Positions 17,941 through 28,016 of a stretch of DNA of 64,000 nucleotides are shown piece by piece. Source of the stretch: Parcubacteria group bacterium. Its GTDB lineage: Bacteria; Patescibacteriota; Minisyncoccia; UBA6257; Colwellbacteraceae. The translations under genes and the position numbers were made by a program. Each line of letters opens with the position of its first letter. Positions within the stretch are counted from its first letter, which is position 1. Below the pieces are notes generated by a model that worked only from the letters and a program-made list of their open reading frames with translations, was not told the DNA's origin and made no database searches. The DNA is taken from NCBI GenBank assembly GCA_041649615.1, contig JBAZMT010000001.1:90981-154980 (forward strand), in the 5' to 3' direction.

Positions 17941-18246
17941 TTAAACCATTTTAACTTCTATGTCCACTCCCGCTGGCAGGTTCAAATCGGAGAGCGATTC
18001 CATTAAACGCTGGCTGGGGTTCAAGATGTCAATAATCCTTTTATGGACCCGGAGTTCAAACTGCTCCCGGCTGTTTTTATAGACAAACGATGAGCGATTG
18101 ACGGTGTATTTCCTGAATTCCGTGGGCAACGGGATGGGCCCGATGATGTCCGCGGCGGAACGCAGAAGTACTTCAACTATCTGGCGACAGGAATTATCTA
18201 TCAGCCGCTGATCGTACGATTTAATTCTTAACCTCAGCTTATCCAA
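17941..18246 (-). CDS. rpsJ: ribosomal protein S10
   Basis: 101 aa; LRIKSYDQRLIDNS...GPIPLPT. Confidence 0.9.
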   Translation of the reverse strand: MDKLRLRIKSYDQRLIDNSCRQIVEVLLRSAADIIGPIPLPTEFRKYTVNRSSFVYKNSREQFELRVHKRIIDILNPSQRLMESLSDLNLPAGVDIEVKMV

Positions 18247-18258
18247 GATGGCGTAATC

Positions 18259-19452
18259 TTACTTGTTAATTTTAGTTACGACACCTGCGCCAACGGTTTT
18301 GCCTCCTTCGCGAATGGCGAAACGCTGTTGTTCCTCAAGCGCAACCGGAGCAATGAGAGAAACACTAACCTTAACGGTGTCTCCAGGCATAGCCATTTCG
18401 GTTCCTTCAGGAAGTTTGATTTCTCCCGTAACATCCGTGGTGCGGATATAGAATTGCGGTTTGTAGCCTCCGAATATCGGAGTGTGACGGCCTCCTTCTT
18501 CTTTGCTCAAAAGAAGAACTTCGGCGTCAAAATCAGTGTGCGGAGTAACGCTTCCCGGTTTCGCCAAAACCTGGCCGCGTTCAACATCTTCTTTTTTGGT
18601 ACCTCTTAAAAGAACACCGGTGTTATCTCCAGCCCGGCCTTCGTCGAGCTGCTTGTTAAACATTTCAATACCCGTAATGACCGTTTTCACGGTGGGCTTG
18701 ATTCCGATGATCTCCACTTCATCGTTTAATTTCACGATACCGCGTTCAATACGGCCGGTAACGACGGTTCCTCTTCCTTCAATCGTGAAGATGTCTTCAA
18801 TAGGCATAAGGAACGGTTTGTCGGTTTCACGCTTCGGTTCGGGAATATAAGTGTCTAAGGCGTTAACGAGTTCGAGGATGGGCTTTACGGCTTCATCGTC
18901 CGCGCTCGTCGCTTCAAGAGCTTTAAGAGCCGATCCGCGGATTATCGGAATTTCGCTTCCCGGATATTGATACTTGGAAAGAAGTTCTCTCACTTCCGCT
19001 TCCACGAGGTCAATGAGTTCCGGATCGTCAACCATATCGGTTTTGTTCAAGAAGACGACAATTGCCGGAACGCCGACTTGTCTTGCGAGAAGAATGTGTT
19101 CCCTCGTTTGAGGCATCGGGCCGTCAGCGGCGGAAACAACGAGAATCGCGCCGTCCATTTGAGCGGCACCCGTAATCATGTTCTTGATGTAGTCAGCGTG
19201 ACCCGGAGCGTCAATGTGCGCGTAGTGGCGCTTTTCCGATTCGTATTCGGAGTGATGCAACGCGATGGTGATACCGCGCGCTTTTTCTTCTGGAGCGTTG
19301 TCTATCTGATCAACTTTTTCCTCTTTTTTGGCAAGTCCTTTGAGGAAAAGGGTATGAGTCAAAGCGGCAGTAAGGGTGGTCTTACCATGGTCAACGTGCC
19401 CAATGGTACCGACGTTTACATGCGGCTTTGAGCGTTCAAATTTATCTGCCAT
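18259..19452 (-). CDS. tuf: elongation factor Tu
   Basis: 397 aa; [25 protein letters not shown]. Confidence 0.95.
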   Translation of the reverse strand: MADKFERSKPHVNVGTIGHVDHGKTTLTAALTHTLFLKGLAKKEEKVDQIDNAPEEKARGITIALHHSEYESEKRHYAHIDAPGHADYIKNMITGAAQMDGAILVVSAADGPMPQTREHILLARQVGVPAIVVFLNKTDMVDDPELIDLVEAEVRELLSKYQYPGSEIPIIRGSALKALEATSADDEAVKPILELVNALDTYIPEPKRETDKPFLMPIEDIFTIEGRGTVVTGRIERGIVKLNDEVEIIGIKPTVKTVITGIEMFNKQLDEGRAGDNTGVLLRGTKKEDVERGQVLAKPGSVTPHTDFDAEVLLLSKEEGGRHTPIFGGYKPQFYIRTTDVTGEIKLPEGTEMAMPGDTVKVSVSLIAPVALEEQQRFAIREGGKTVGAGVVTKINK

Positions 19453-19498
19453 TTAAACCGTAATTCTTATTGATTTATTGAAATTTTGCGACTTTTGA

Positions 19499-19527
19499 AT
19501 TCTAACGATGACTTGACTAGCTGTCAA
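19499..19527 (-). promoter_or_regulatory. sigma-70-like internal promoter for tuf: TTGACA-17-TAGAAT
   Basis: minus-strand TTGACAGCTAGTCAAGTCATCGTTAGAAT, ~45-nt leader to ATG. Confidence 0.45.
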
Positions 19528-19528
19528 C

Positions 19529-21634
19529 TTATTTCCTCCCCGCGATTATCGCTTCTTCAATGTTTTTGGGAGCGATTTCGTAGTGACCGAATTCCATGGT
19601 GAACGAACCTCTGCCTTGGGTCATTGATCGGAGTTTAGTTGCGTATCCGAACATTTCGGAAAGAGGAATGGTTGAATCAATCACTTTGGAATTTATCCTG
19701 TCCTCAATGGATTCAATTTTCCCTCTCTTCGCGGAAATATCGCCCGTGATGTCGCCCATGAATTCGGAAGGAACGATCACCTGAACTTTCATAATGGGTT
19801 CAAGCAAAACGGGTTTCGCGTTTTTGCATCCCTCCTGCATTCCCATGGAAGCGGCGATTTTGAAAGCAGCTTCCGAAGAGTCAACGTCGTGATAAGAACC
19901 GTCGTAAAGGGTGACTTTGATGTCAACCACCGGAAAACCGGCAATCACGCCTTTGCTCAAAAATTCTTTGACTCCCTTTTCAACGGCCGGAATGTATTCG
20001 CGAGGAACGACTCCTCCTTTGATGGCGTCAACGAATTCAAACCCTTGTCCCCTCTCTACGGGTTCAATTCTAAGTCTCACGTGACCGTATTGTCCCCGTC
20101 CGCCGGATTGTTTGATGTATTTTCCTTCCGCTTCGGCTGAGCTCGTAACCGTTTCCTTGTAGGCAACTTGAGGACGGCCGGCGGTAGCGTTAACCGAAAA
20201 TTCACGTCTCATTCGTTCAACCAAAACTTCCAGGTGAAGTTCGCCCATTCCGGAAATAATGGTTTCACCCGTTTCGGGATCGCCTGAAACTTTAAAGGTC
20301 GGGTCTTCATCCGCAAGTCGCCGCAAAGCAAGACCCATTTTTTCTTGATCCGCTTTTGATTCGGGAGAAATTTTCTGGAAGATAACCGGTTCGGGGAAGC
20401 TGATGCGCTCAAGAATAATCGGTTTTGCCGGATCGCAAAGAGTATCTCCGGTCGTGGTGTTCTTAAGTCCCACAAGCGCTCCGATTTGGCCCGCGTGAAG
20501 TTCGTCAACTTCTTCCCTTGAATTCGCGTGCATACGCAAGATGCGTCCCGCGCGTTCTTGATTGTCTTTTGTGGCGTTTAAAATATAACTTCCTTTTTGA
20601 AGCACGCCGCTGTAAACGCGGAAGAAAGTGAGCGTTCCCACAAAAGGATCGGCCGCCACCTTAAAAGCGAGAGCGGCGAACGGTTCCTCATCGCTCGGCG
20701 CGCGAAGAATGTCGTCTCCGGTTTTCGGATCGTTTCCTTTAACGGGAGGCAAATCCGCCGGGGACGGAAGATAATCAACAACGGCGTCAAGAACAAGCTG
20801 AACTCCTTTATTCTTATAAGCGCTGCCGCAAAGAACCGGCACAATCGTAAGATTAAGGACGCATCTCCTAAGAAGGCTCTTTAAGGCTTCACTCGGGATT
20901 TCTTTTCCTTCAAGATAGTCGCTCATTAACGTTTCGTCGTTTTCAACTATCTTTTCAAGCAAAATGGCTCTTTTGGCTTTAACTTCTTCTTTTAAATTTT
21001 CGGGAATCGGAATTTCGGTAACGCGTTCTCCGTGCTCGCCCTCAAAGTGATAAGCCTTGAGTTCAAGAAGATCTATTATTCCCTCAAAATTCGCTTCGGT
21101 GCCGATGGGTATCTGAAGAGCGACCGCGTTCGGCGTTAAGCGGTCTAAAATAGACGCAAAACTTTTATCAAAGGAAGCGCCAGTGCGATCAAGCTTGTTT
21201 ATAAAACAGATTCTCGGAACTTCGTATTCATCGGCATAGCGCCAATTCGTTTCGGATTGCGGTTCAACGCCCGAGACGCCGTCAAAAACAACCACCGCGC
21301 CGTCAAGAACGCGAAGAGAACGTTTAACTTCAACCGTAAAGTCAATATGTCCGGGGGTGTCTATCAGATTTATTCGGTGTTCAAAAGATTTGTCGCCACT
21401 TTTGTAAGTAGGAACCCAAAAGCAAGTGGTAGCGGCGGAAGTGATGGTAATTCCGCGTTCGCGTTCTTGTTCCATCCAATCCATCACGGCCGCGCCTTCG
21501 TGGACTTCGCCTATTTTATGAGAAACGCCGGTATAAAAAAGAATACGCTCGGAAGTGGTGGTTTTACCTGCGTCAATATGGGCAACTATGCCGATATTTC
21601 TAGTCTTCTCAATTGGGTAGACTTTGCTTTCCAT
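19529..21634 (-). CDS. fusA: elongation factor G
   Basis: 701 aa; [20 protein letters not shown], five-domain EF-G. Confidence 0.95.
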   Translation of the reverse strand: MESKVYPIEKTRNIGIVAHIDAGKTTTSERILFYTGVSHKIGEVHEGAAVMDWMEQERERGITITSAATTCFWVPTYKSGDKSFEHRINLIDTPGHIDFTVEVKRSLRVLDGAVVVFDGVSGVEPQSETNWRYADEYEVPRICFINKLDRTGASFDKSFASILDRLTPNAVALQIPIGTEANFEGIIDLLELKAYHFEGEHGERVTEIPIPENLKEEVKAKRAILLEKIVENDETLMSDYLEGKEIPSEALKSLLRRCVLNLTIVPVLCGSAYKNKGVQLVLDAVVDYLPSPADLPPVKGNDPKTGDDILRAPSDEEPFAALAFKVAADPFVGTLTFFRVYSGVLQKGSYILNATKDNQERAGRILRMHANSREEVDELHAGQIGALVGLKNTTTGDTLCDPAKPIILERISFPEPVIFQKISPESKADQEKMGLALRRLADEDPTFKVSGDPETGETIISGMGELHLEVLVERMRREFSVNATAGRPQVAYKETVTSSAEAEGKYIKQSGGRGQYGHVRLRIEPVERGQGFEFVDAIKGGVVPREYIPAVEKGVKEFLSKGVIAGFPVVDIKVTLYDGSYHDVDSSEAAFKIAASMGMQEGCKNAKPVLLEPIMKVQVIVPSEFMGDITGDISAKRGKIESIEDRINSKVIDSTIPLSEMFGYATKLRSMTQGRGSFTMEFGHYEIAPKNIEEAIIAGRK

Positions 21635-21646
21635 ATCAGTCGTAAA

Positions 21647-22111
21647 CTAGCTCGCAAAATGAGCGAAAGCACGATTTCCTTCCGCCATTCTGTGAATGTC
21701 TTGCTTTTTCTTGATGGCCGTACCTTCGTTCGCCGCCGCCGCCAAAAGTTCTTCCGCCAATTTTTCGGAAATCGGTCTGCCTTTCTTAGAACGGGCAGCG
21801 GAAATTATCCATTTGGAAGCAAGCATAAACTGGCGCTCGGGTCTTACTTCCCGGGGGACTTGGTAATTCGCTCCACCGACTCTTCTTGAGACGACTTCCA
21901 AGGCGGGCTTTACGTTTTCCAAAGCGGACTCAAATATCTCAAGCGGTTTTTTGCCGGTTTTTTCAATTACCGCAAAAGCGCCATAAAGATCTTTTTGCGC
22001 TACGGATTTTTTGCCGTCATACATCAAATAATTGATGAACCTCGAAACCGCCACAGAATCGTAAGCGATATCGGGAGCATGTTCTCTTTTGTAATTTTTT
22101 TTGCGTCTCAT
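21647..22111 (-). CDS. rpsG: ribosomal protein S7
   Basis: 154 aa. Confidence 0.9.
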   Translation of the reverse strand: MRRKKNYKREHAPDIAYDSVAVSRFINYLMYDGKKSVAQKDLYGAFAVIEKTGKKPLEIFESALENVKPALEVVSRRVGGANYQVPREVRPERQFMLASKWIISAARSKKGRPISEKLAEELLAAAANEGTAIKKKQDIHRMAEGNRAFAHFAS

Positions 22112-22113
22112 TT

Positions 22114-22533
22114 TTACTTTCCTGCCTTTTCTTTCTTGGCGCCGTACTTGCTTCTTTGCTGTTTGCGTCCCGTAACGCCCGCAGTATCCAAAGTGCCGCG
22201 AACGACGTGATAACGGACGCCCGGCAAATCCTTAACCCTGCCCCCTCTTATCAAAACGACCGAGTGTTCCTGAAGATTGTGCTGTTCGCCTGGGATATAG
22301 GCGGTAACTTCCATGCCGTTCGTAAGCCTGACTCTCGCCACTTTTCTCAAGGCCGAATTCGGTTTCTTCGGAGTAGTCGTAAAAACCTTAAGACAAGCCC
22401 CTCTCTTCTGCGGTGAAACGGATTCTACGGGTTTGTTCTTAAGAACGTTAAAATAACGGCCCATGGCCGGTGATTTGGATTTCTTAGATGAAGTTTTGCG
22501 CCCTTTTTTCAAGAGCTGATTCATCGTTGGCAC
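22114..22533 (-). CDS. rpsL: ribosomal protein S12 (GTG start; alternative ATG 9 nt downstream)
   Basis: [29 protein letters not shown]. Confidence 0.9.
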   Translation of the reverse strand: MPTMNQLLKKGRKTSSKKSKSPAMGRYFNVLKNKPVESVSPQKRGACLKVFTTTPKKPNSALRKVARVRLTNGMEVTAYIPGEQHNLQEHSVVLIRGGRVKDLPGVRYHVVRGTLDTAGVTGRKQQRSKYGAKKEKAGK

Positions 22534-22540
22534 GGCAGTA

Positions 22541-22570
22541 AATATAGCAATTAAGCAGAATTAATGTCAA
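22541..22570 (-). promoter_or_regulatory. sigma-70-like promoter TTGACA-18-TGcTATATT, -10 only 7 nt from rpsL start (leaderless candidate)
   Basis: minus-strand TTGACATTAATTCTGCTTAATTGCTATATTTACTGCC-GTG. Confidence 0.45.
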
Positions 22571-22730
22571 TTATTCCAACCATCCTAACTATCTTTTTCC
22601 AGAGACGCGTCGTCCGCCCCTGTGAGTCGGACGCGCTCCCTCCCGGCTTCGCTCTTCTTACTCTATGAGAAGGAATAGTTCTCTAGTTGTTTCTTAAAAA
22701 ATTAATTCTGCCGTGGGGAGGAGATGGGAA

Positions 22731-23462
22731 TCATCCAAATACGTATCCGAATGCGGTGAAAAGTGCGAAAATGAATCTTGCAACGTAGGGAATAATCAGC
22801 ACTCCCAAGAACAAAGCGATGATCAATCCCAAAGGACCGATTGATGAGAGTTTGTCGCGGATTCTTTGAGGGATGAAAGAACCGATGATTTTTGATCCAT
22901 CAAGAGGAGGAACGGGGATGAGATTGAAGAGGGCGAGAAAAATATTCACGTAAATTATAAAAGCGGTGAGAGAGACGAACGTTTGATTTCCCGAAACGAC
23001 GGGAAAAATGAGTCTTATGACAAAAAAGAGAAGGCTCGTGATTCCCGCAATTCCCAAATTAGCAACCGGGCCGCTTAACGCGATTTTGAACTCCCCTTTC
23101 CGATCACGGAGATTCCTCGGATCGTAAGGAACCGGTTTAGCCCAGCCAATGAAAGAGCCCGACAAGAAAAGAAGCGTAAGTGGAACGATGACCGTTCCGA
23201 TGAGATCAATATGAGCCAACGGATTCAAGGTCAATCGGCCGAGTTTTTTTGCCGTCGGATCGCCAAGCTCGTTTGCAACAAAGCCGTGCGAGTATTCGTG
23301 GATCACGGCCGAAAAAACTATCACGACGTAAATAAATATTTTTGAGGCGATATCCGTCAAAAGTTTAGGGTGCGCTTTACATCGCTTGCGCAATTTAATA
23401 GTATACACTCCTACATGAGACAGTGCGAAATCTGCGGGAAGGGTGGAATTATGCGCCGCCAA
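22731..23462 (-). CDS. M50-family membrane metalloprotease (true start probably downstream of the called Met; 5' end overlaps rpmB on opposite strand)
   Basis: HEYSHG (HExxH) in TM helix, multiple TM segments. Confidence 0.55.
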   Translation of the reverse strand: MAAHNSTLPADFALSHVGVYTIKLRKRCKAHPKLLTDIASKIFIYVVIVFSAVIHEYSHGFVANELGDPTAKKLGRLTLNPLAHIDLIGTVIVPLTLLFLSGSFIGWAKPVPYDPRNLRDRKGEFKIALSGPVANLGIAGITSLLFFVIRLIFPVVSGNQTFVSLTAFIIYVNIFLALFNLIPVPPLDGSKIIGSFIPQRIRDKLSSIGPLGLIIALFLGVLIIPYVARFIFALFTAFGYVFG

Positions 23463-23606
23463 AGGATAAAACTAAGGGGCAATTACAACCCTACCCAAAA
23501 GCAGAAGAAACAACCCAATCTTCAACCGACAAGACTTCTCGGAAGGCGGGTGTTAGCGTGCGCTAAGTGCTTAAAGCAGGCAAACAAAGCGGGCGTTTCA
23601 AAATAA
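23415..23606 (+). CDS. rpmB: ribosomal protein L28 (internal Met MRQCEICGK taken as start)
   Basis: CEICGKGG...NPNLQPTRLLGRRVLACAKCLK matches L28 Zn-ribbon family. Confidence 0.7.
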   Translation: MRQCEICGKGGIMRRQRIKLRGNYNPTQKQKKQPNLQPTRLLGRRVLACAKCLKQANKAGVSK

Positions 23607-23640
23607 TAAAATCCCGAGCAAAGTGCTCGGGATTTTTGTT
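23607..23640. terminator. bidirectional hairpin terminator between convergent rpmB and deacetylase gene
   Basis: AAAATCCCGAGC-AAAGT-GCTCGGGATTTT with flanking A/T runs. Confidence 0.5.
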
Positions 23641-24643
23641 AGTAATACTGGGGAATATCGTTCGGAAACCATTTGAACGGCATTCCGCAAGCTTCTATGT
23701 AGTCCTTGAAATCCAGGGTCTCTATACTACGCTCGTTTATAAAACGCAAAAGATAATAGAGATACGAGAAACCGTACTGCTCCGTATACCGCTTGAACTC
23801 GCTCGTTTTGGCAACCGCTTGCGATTTAGGATTATTGACGAGCAAGTTATAGAGATCTACCGACTCAAACATGTCGCCCGTGAGCGTAGAGAAGCCGACT
23901 TTTGACTGCGCGAGCCCGAATTGGTCAATGGGTTTTTCGCCTACGCGATGATGGTTGATTTTCACCTGGGACCGATGATAGCTATAGCCCATCTTCGCTA
24001 CCTCAAAGGCCGTTTTTCCGTCATACATGGCGAGCGGAGTTTTAACGTCCAGAGTTATCTTATTCTCTTTAAAGAGATGCAAGTATAACTTGAGCGGATT
24101 CCACACGCCGTATTTCTCAGCCGATTCCGGATAAGCTTTTGGGTCGCCAGCGAGATTAAATATTTTCTGAACCTCTTCAACCATCCAGATGTGAGCTTTG
24201 TGGCCGTACTCGCCCTTTACATCTTGCGAGACGATGATCGATGACGTGTAAATACGAACCTGTTCCACAAGATAGGCCTCCACTTTTTCCTTAGGCCACG
24301 ATTTCTTCGCGTCTGCCAATTTTTCAAACCAATGATCGGCAAAAGGTCCGAATACGGGTTTTTGTCTCACGCCTACCGCCCAAAGAGCGGCTTCGGCTTC
24401 TTTTTTCCGACTTGTTGAGCAAGGAGTCATAAAGACGACTACAACCGATTTGCCTTGCGCGAGATAAATCGGAATGACAGCTCCCAAATAAAGTTGGTCG
24501 TCATCACTGTGACAAGCGATGATCATCACGTCCGCGTGATGCGGTTCTTCCCAGTTGTACGAGTCGTCGGCCAGAGCAACGGCTTGAAAAAGCGCGAGTA
24601 TCAGCACAAGCGCCAGAACAATGGAAACAACAGACTTCTTCAT
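23639..24643 (-). CDS. secreted PIG-L/LmbE-family deacetylase-like protein
   Basis: signal peptide MKKSVVSIVLALVLILALFQAVALA; MIIACHSDDD (AHPDDE-like), GHKAH. Confidence 0.5.
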   Translation of the reverse strand: MKKSVVSIVLALVLILALFQAVALADDSYNWEEPHHADVMIIACHSDDDQLYLGAVIPIYLAQGKSVVVVFMTPCSTSRKKEAEAALWAVGVRQKPVFGPFADHWFEKLADAKKSWPKEKVEAYLVEQVRIYTSSIIVSQDVKGEYGHKAHIWMVEEVQKIFNLAGDPKAYPESAEKYGVWNPLKLYLHLFKENKITLDVKTPLAMYDGKTAFEVAKMGYSYHRSQVKINHHRVGEKPIDQFGLAQSKVGFSTLTGDMFESVDLYNLLVNNPKSQAVAKTSEFKRYTEQYGFSYLYYLLRFINERSIETLDFKDYIEACGMPFKWFPNDIPQYY

Positions 24644-24732
24644 AACAATTCCCCCTATTTCACCCTAAAAATATTTTTAAAGATGCTCCAGATTAACGAT
24701 AAAATCGGCTTTTTGTCAATTCAAAAATTTTT

Positions 24733-24803
24733 GTCGGGCTGCCGGGAATTGAACCCGGGTCGCACCCACCCCAAGGGTGTATACTGCCGTTATACTACAG
24801 CCC
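24733..24803 (-). tRNA. tRNA-Pro (anticodon GGG)
   Basis: cloverleaf: acceptor CGGGCUG/CAGCCCG (C1:G72, A73), anticodon stem CACCC/GGGUG, loop UUGGGGU, T-arm CCGGG-UUCAAUU-CCCGG; no encoded CCA. Confidence 0.75.
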
Positions 24804-24843
24804 GTCAAAAGCCAATATACATCAAAGTACTTTTTAATCCAAC

Positions 24844-24873
24844 AAAAACCGCTCCTTTTTGGAGCGGTTTTTG
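24844..24873. terminator. bidirectional hairpin terminator
   Basis: AAAAACCGCTCC-TTTTT-GGAGCGGTTTTT. Confidence 0.5.
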
Positions 24874-25106
24874 ATTGTCTCGCCTTCGTATAGATTTCCC
24901 CGGCTTGCGCCAGATTGGTGAGCCTCAATCGCAGTCCACGGACTACAATGATTCGGTTCTCCTTTTAAAAATCACATGATCCGGAATCTAATGAGCGAGC
25001 GAGACAACTTAATTATATCGCCAGAGGATTCGCTCGCAATCCAAGTAAAATAGGCGAAAACGAGCATGAGGGAAAATTATCCACAAGCGAAAAAATAAGG
25101 AATGAG

Positions 25107-25724
25107 TTATTCCAGTATTCCGTCAAGATTTACGTCGTAGAGTATCGCTTCGTTAACGAGGCGGTAATCTTGAAGTTCTTCAGGCTTAAACCATAAGGCT
25201 ATTTCCTTCTCCGCTTCTTCCGGTGTGCTCGAAGCGTGCAGTAAATTCCTTACGGCTCGCTTGTCAATGTCTGCAAGCTCATAGGAATCAATGGTAAAGT
25301 CCCCTCTTATAGTGCCCACATCCGAGGTAAAAGGTTCCGTGGCGCCCGTGATCTTTCTAATAATGCCTGTCGCGTGCATTCCTTGCCAAACCATGGCGAC
25401 AACCGGGCCGGAAGAAAGATATTTCTTTAAATATCCCAAAACGATTTCGGTAACCTTCAAAGGGTCTTCCGAAGGAGGAGTTTTTCCTTGCGCTTTATAG
25501 GCATTAATCGTTTTAACCCCGGTTTTCATTCTCCATTCGGGATCAATCAAGTAGTGCTTCTCCGCGAATTCGGGCGTGGGGATGAGCATCTTAAGCCCAA
25601 CGAGTTTCAATCCCGTTCGTTCGTAACGCTTTATTATTTCGCCGATAAGCCCTCTTTCTACGCCGTCCGGTTTTACAACGACAAGAGATCTTTCGTTTTT
25701 CATCCTATCCGATATTTCTGCCAT
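25107..25724 (-). CDS. ndk: nucleoside diphosphate kinase with ~35-aa internal insertion
   Basis: SLVVVKPDGVERGLIGEII, catalytic His in NLLHAS; 205 aa vs ~140 typical. Confidence 0.8.
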   Translation of the reverse strand: MAEISDRMKNERSLVVVKPDGVERGLIGEIIKRYERTGLKLVGLKMLIPTPEFAEKHYLIDPEWRMKTGVKTINAYKAQGKTPPSEDPLKVTEIVLGYLKKYLSSGPVVAMVWQGMHATGIIRKITGATEPFTSDVGTIRGDFTIDSYELADIDKRAVRNLLHASSTPEEAEKEIALWFKPEELQDYRLVNEAILYDVNLDGILE

Positions 25725-25744
25725 ATTTTTGTTTTCTCTTTTTA

Positions 25745-27115
25745 CTACTTTTGGTCAGTATTAAGCAAGTGATCTATGCGGTTTATGTCTCTCGGGAAAA
25801 GGGTCGCTTCTTTCACGTTGCCAAGTTCCAACAGTTTCTGCGTGAGACGTTCCAGCCCCATGCCAAAACCGCCGTGCGGAGGAAGACCGTATTTGAAAGC
25901 CTGAAGATAAAAAGAAAAGTTTTCCGGATTTAGTCCTTTTTCCTTCATGGAGGCGACAAGGGCATCGTAGTCGTGAATACGCTCGGCTCCCGTCGTTATT
26001 TCTATTCCGCGGAATAAAAGATCAAATCCCTTGGTGTAGGCCGGATCACTTTCATCGCGATAAGTGTAAAAAGGGCGTTTTTCCGTCGGAAAATGGGTAA
26101 TGAAAATAAAATCGGAATTAAATTTTTCTTTTGAGTAAGCGCAAAGCCAGCGTTCGTGTTCCGGCTCCAGGTCCGGTTCTTCGGTGCAATCGTTTCCGGT
26201 TTCATCACTAATGAGTTTTTGGGCTTCCCGCAAAGTCATTTTGGGAATTTCATCGGGAACGGCTGGAATTTCGGCATTTAATAATTTGAATTCGGCGACA
26301 CATTTTTCCTTGAGTTCGCCTTCAAGGTATTTCAAAAAGGCGTTTTCTATGGCCATCACGTCCGTATGGTCTTTTATGAATCCCATTTCAATGTCCAAGG
26401 AAGTGTATTCGTTCAAGTGACGGGAAGTGCTGTGTTTTTCCGCGCGATAAACGTTTCCCACCGTAAATACCCGCTCAAACACGCCAACCATTATCTGCTT
26501 GTAAAGTTGAGGGCTCTGCGCAAGATGAGCCGTATGACCGAAATATCCGACTTCAAACGTATTTGCTCCTCCTTCAGCGTCGTCGCCGATAAGTTTCGGT
26601 ACTTGGATTTCGGTGAAATTTTCGTTCCTAAAGAATTCCCTGAAAGCTTCCGCCACGACCGCTTGTACCTTAAATGTGGCCTGCGACTTTGTTCTTCTTA
26701 AAGTAAGAGGTAAATAATCAAGATAGGTATCAAGATTCAGCTCCGCGTCAGATTCAAAAGGAATTTCTTTGGCTTCGGAGAGCACTTCAAGTTCTTTTAT
26801 TTCAATTTCCAAGGCGCCGTTCGGTTCCGTCTCGTTTACCATCTTTTCCGGACGCGCGTTAACGAGTCCTTTAACCCTAATCACCCATTCCGGACGAAGG
26901 GCAGAAGCCAATTCGTGAACGGCTTTTTTTTCGGGGAGGGCCACCATTTGAACCTTACCCGTCCGGTCCCGAAGATCAATGAATATCAGTTTTCCGTGGT
27001 CTCTACGGGCGTTAACCGAACCTTCAAGAATCACTTCATGCCCGATAAGTTCGTTCAATTCCGAGGTTAAATTGCGCATTTTTTTCAGTATAAGCCGAGA
27101 AAGGGCTCTAATCAA
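25745..27115 (-). CDS. aspS: aspartyl-tRNA synthetase, archaeal/eukaryotic type (possibly non-discriminating; AsnRS not excluded)
   Basis: N-terminal OB fold, motif 2 RAEKHSTSRHLNEYTSLDIEMGF, C-terminal PHGGFGMGLERL...LFPRD. Confidence 0.65.
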   Translation of the reverse strand: MIRALSRLILKKMRNLTSELNELIGHEVILEGSVNARRDHGKLIFIDLRDRTGKVQMVALPEKKAVHELASALRPEWVIRVKGLVNARPEKMVNETEPNGALEIEIKELEVLSEAKEIPFESDAELNLDTYLDYLPLTLRRTKSQATFKVQAVVAEAFREFFRNENFTEIQVPKLIGDDAEGGANTFEVGYFGHTAHLAQSPQLYKQIMVGVFERVFTVGNVYRAEKHSTSRHLNEYTSLDIEMGFIKDHTDVMAIENAFLKYLEGELKEKCVAEFKLLNAEIPAVPDEIPKMTLREAQKLISDETGNDCTEEPDLEPEHERWLCAYSKEKFNSDFIFITHFPTEKRPFYTYRDESDPAYTKGFDLLFRGIEITTGAERIHDYDALVASMKEKGLNPENFSFYLQAFKYGLPPHGGFGMGLERLTQKLLELGNVKEATLFPRDINRIDHLLNTDQK

Positions 27116-28016
27116 TGGATTTAACGCGTAATTTACCTCGATTCTTCTCTATTTTTACGCCGCCGGTATCATCGGTTCTAAAGACGGGTATTCCCCTATC
27201 GGTAAATTTTTTAATGGTCTCTTCTTTGGGCAAACCATAACTGTTTTGACCCACGCTTATCACGGCGACAAGAGGATTGATGGCGGAGAGAAATCCGTCG
27301 GATGAAGAAGTGGCCGATCCGTGATGAGGAACTTTCAAAAAATCGGTTTCGGGAAAATTAATGGCGGAAATGACCGCTTCCGATTTGCGAGTTATATCGC
27401 CCGGGAACAAGCCATTCAGTTCGCCGATACTCGCAAAAATCACGAGGGATCCATCGTTATCTTTGAGTTTCTCTTCCGGCGTACCTTTCGGAGGATAAAC
27501 TATCTCCAGTTCAAGTAACTTGGTTTTTACCGAACTGCCGGCAAAGAAATTAATAACGGGGATATTTTTATCCCTGGCTTTGTTCAAAACGGCGTTGAAT
27601 TCTTTTTCCGTTTCCGAGCCGCTAGTAATAATGGCGCCGACGTCGTAATCCGATAAAACGTATTCCAGTCCGCCGAAATGGTCGGCATGAGGATGAGAAA
27701 TCACGATAAGATCAATGTAACGATCCGTTTTGGGAATAACGTGAGTGAGCTCGTACAAAACGTTTTTTCTGGGACCGGTATCAATTAACAAATCAATCCC
27801 TTCCGAACGGATAAGACTGCTGTCTCCTTGTCCCACGTCAAGAAAAGAAACGGAAATTTCGTTCTGATTTTTAACCGCTTCGCGAAAAACGAAAATATTA
27901 GAGATAACGAGCAAAAAAATTAATAATCCCGATTTCATAAGAAAGCAATGATTCCGCCAAAATTGAAAAGGGAAAAGCCAGATAATTGGATATAAAAGAA
28001 AGAATGCCGGAAACAA
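27108..28016 (-). CDS. comEC: ComEC C-terminal metallo-beta-lactamase domain protein
   Basis: LDVGQGDSSLI, HPHADHFGG; preceded by hydrophobic anchor. Confidence 0.7.
   Translation of the reverse strand: MFPAFFLLYPIIWLFPFQFWRNHCFLMKSGLLIFLLVISNIFVFREAVKNQNEISVSFLDVGQGDSSLIRSEGIDLLIDTGPRKNVLYELTHVIPKTDRYIDLIVISHPHADHFGGLEYVLSDYDVGAIITSGSETEKEFNAVLNKARDKNIPVINFFAGSSVKTKLLELEIVYPPKGTPEEKLKDNDGSLVIFASIGELNGLFPGDITRKSEAVISAINFPETDFLKVPHHGSATSSSDGFLSAINPLVAVISVGQNSYGLPKEETIKKFTDRGIPVFRTDDTGGVKIEKNRGKLRVKSID

Noticed and set aside
24716-24928. 70-aa ORF spanning tRNA-Pro and a terminator
   Set aside because: It runs through a tRNA gene and a hairpin terminator, so it is spurious.
24876-24990. Possible small RNA downstream of ndk (TTGCGA-16-TATAAT-like box reading toward the terminator at 24844-24873)
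   Set aside because: There is only a weak promoter match and no convincing conserved structure. I cannot distinguish this from ndk 3' UTR plus terminator without expression data.
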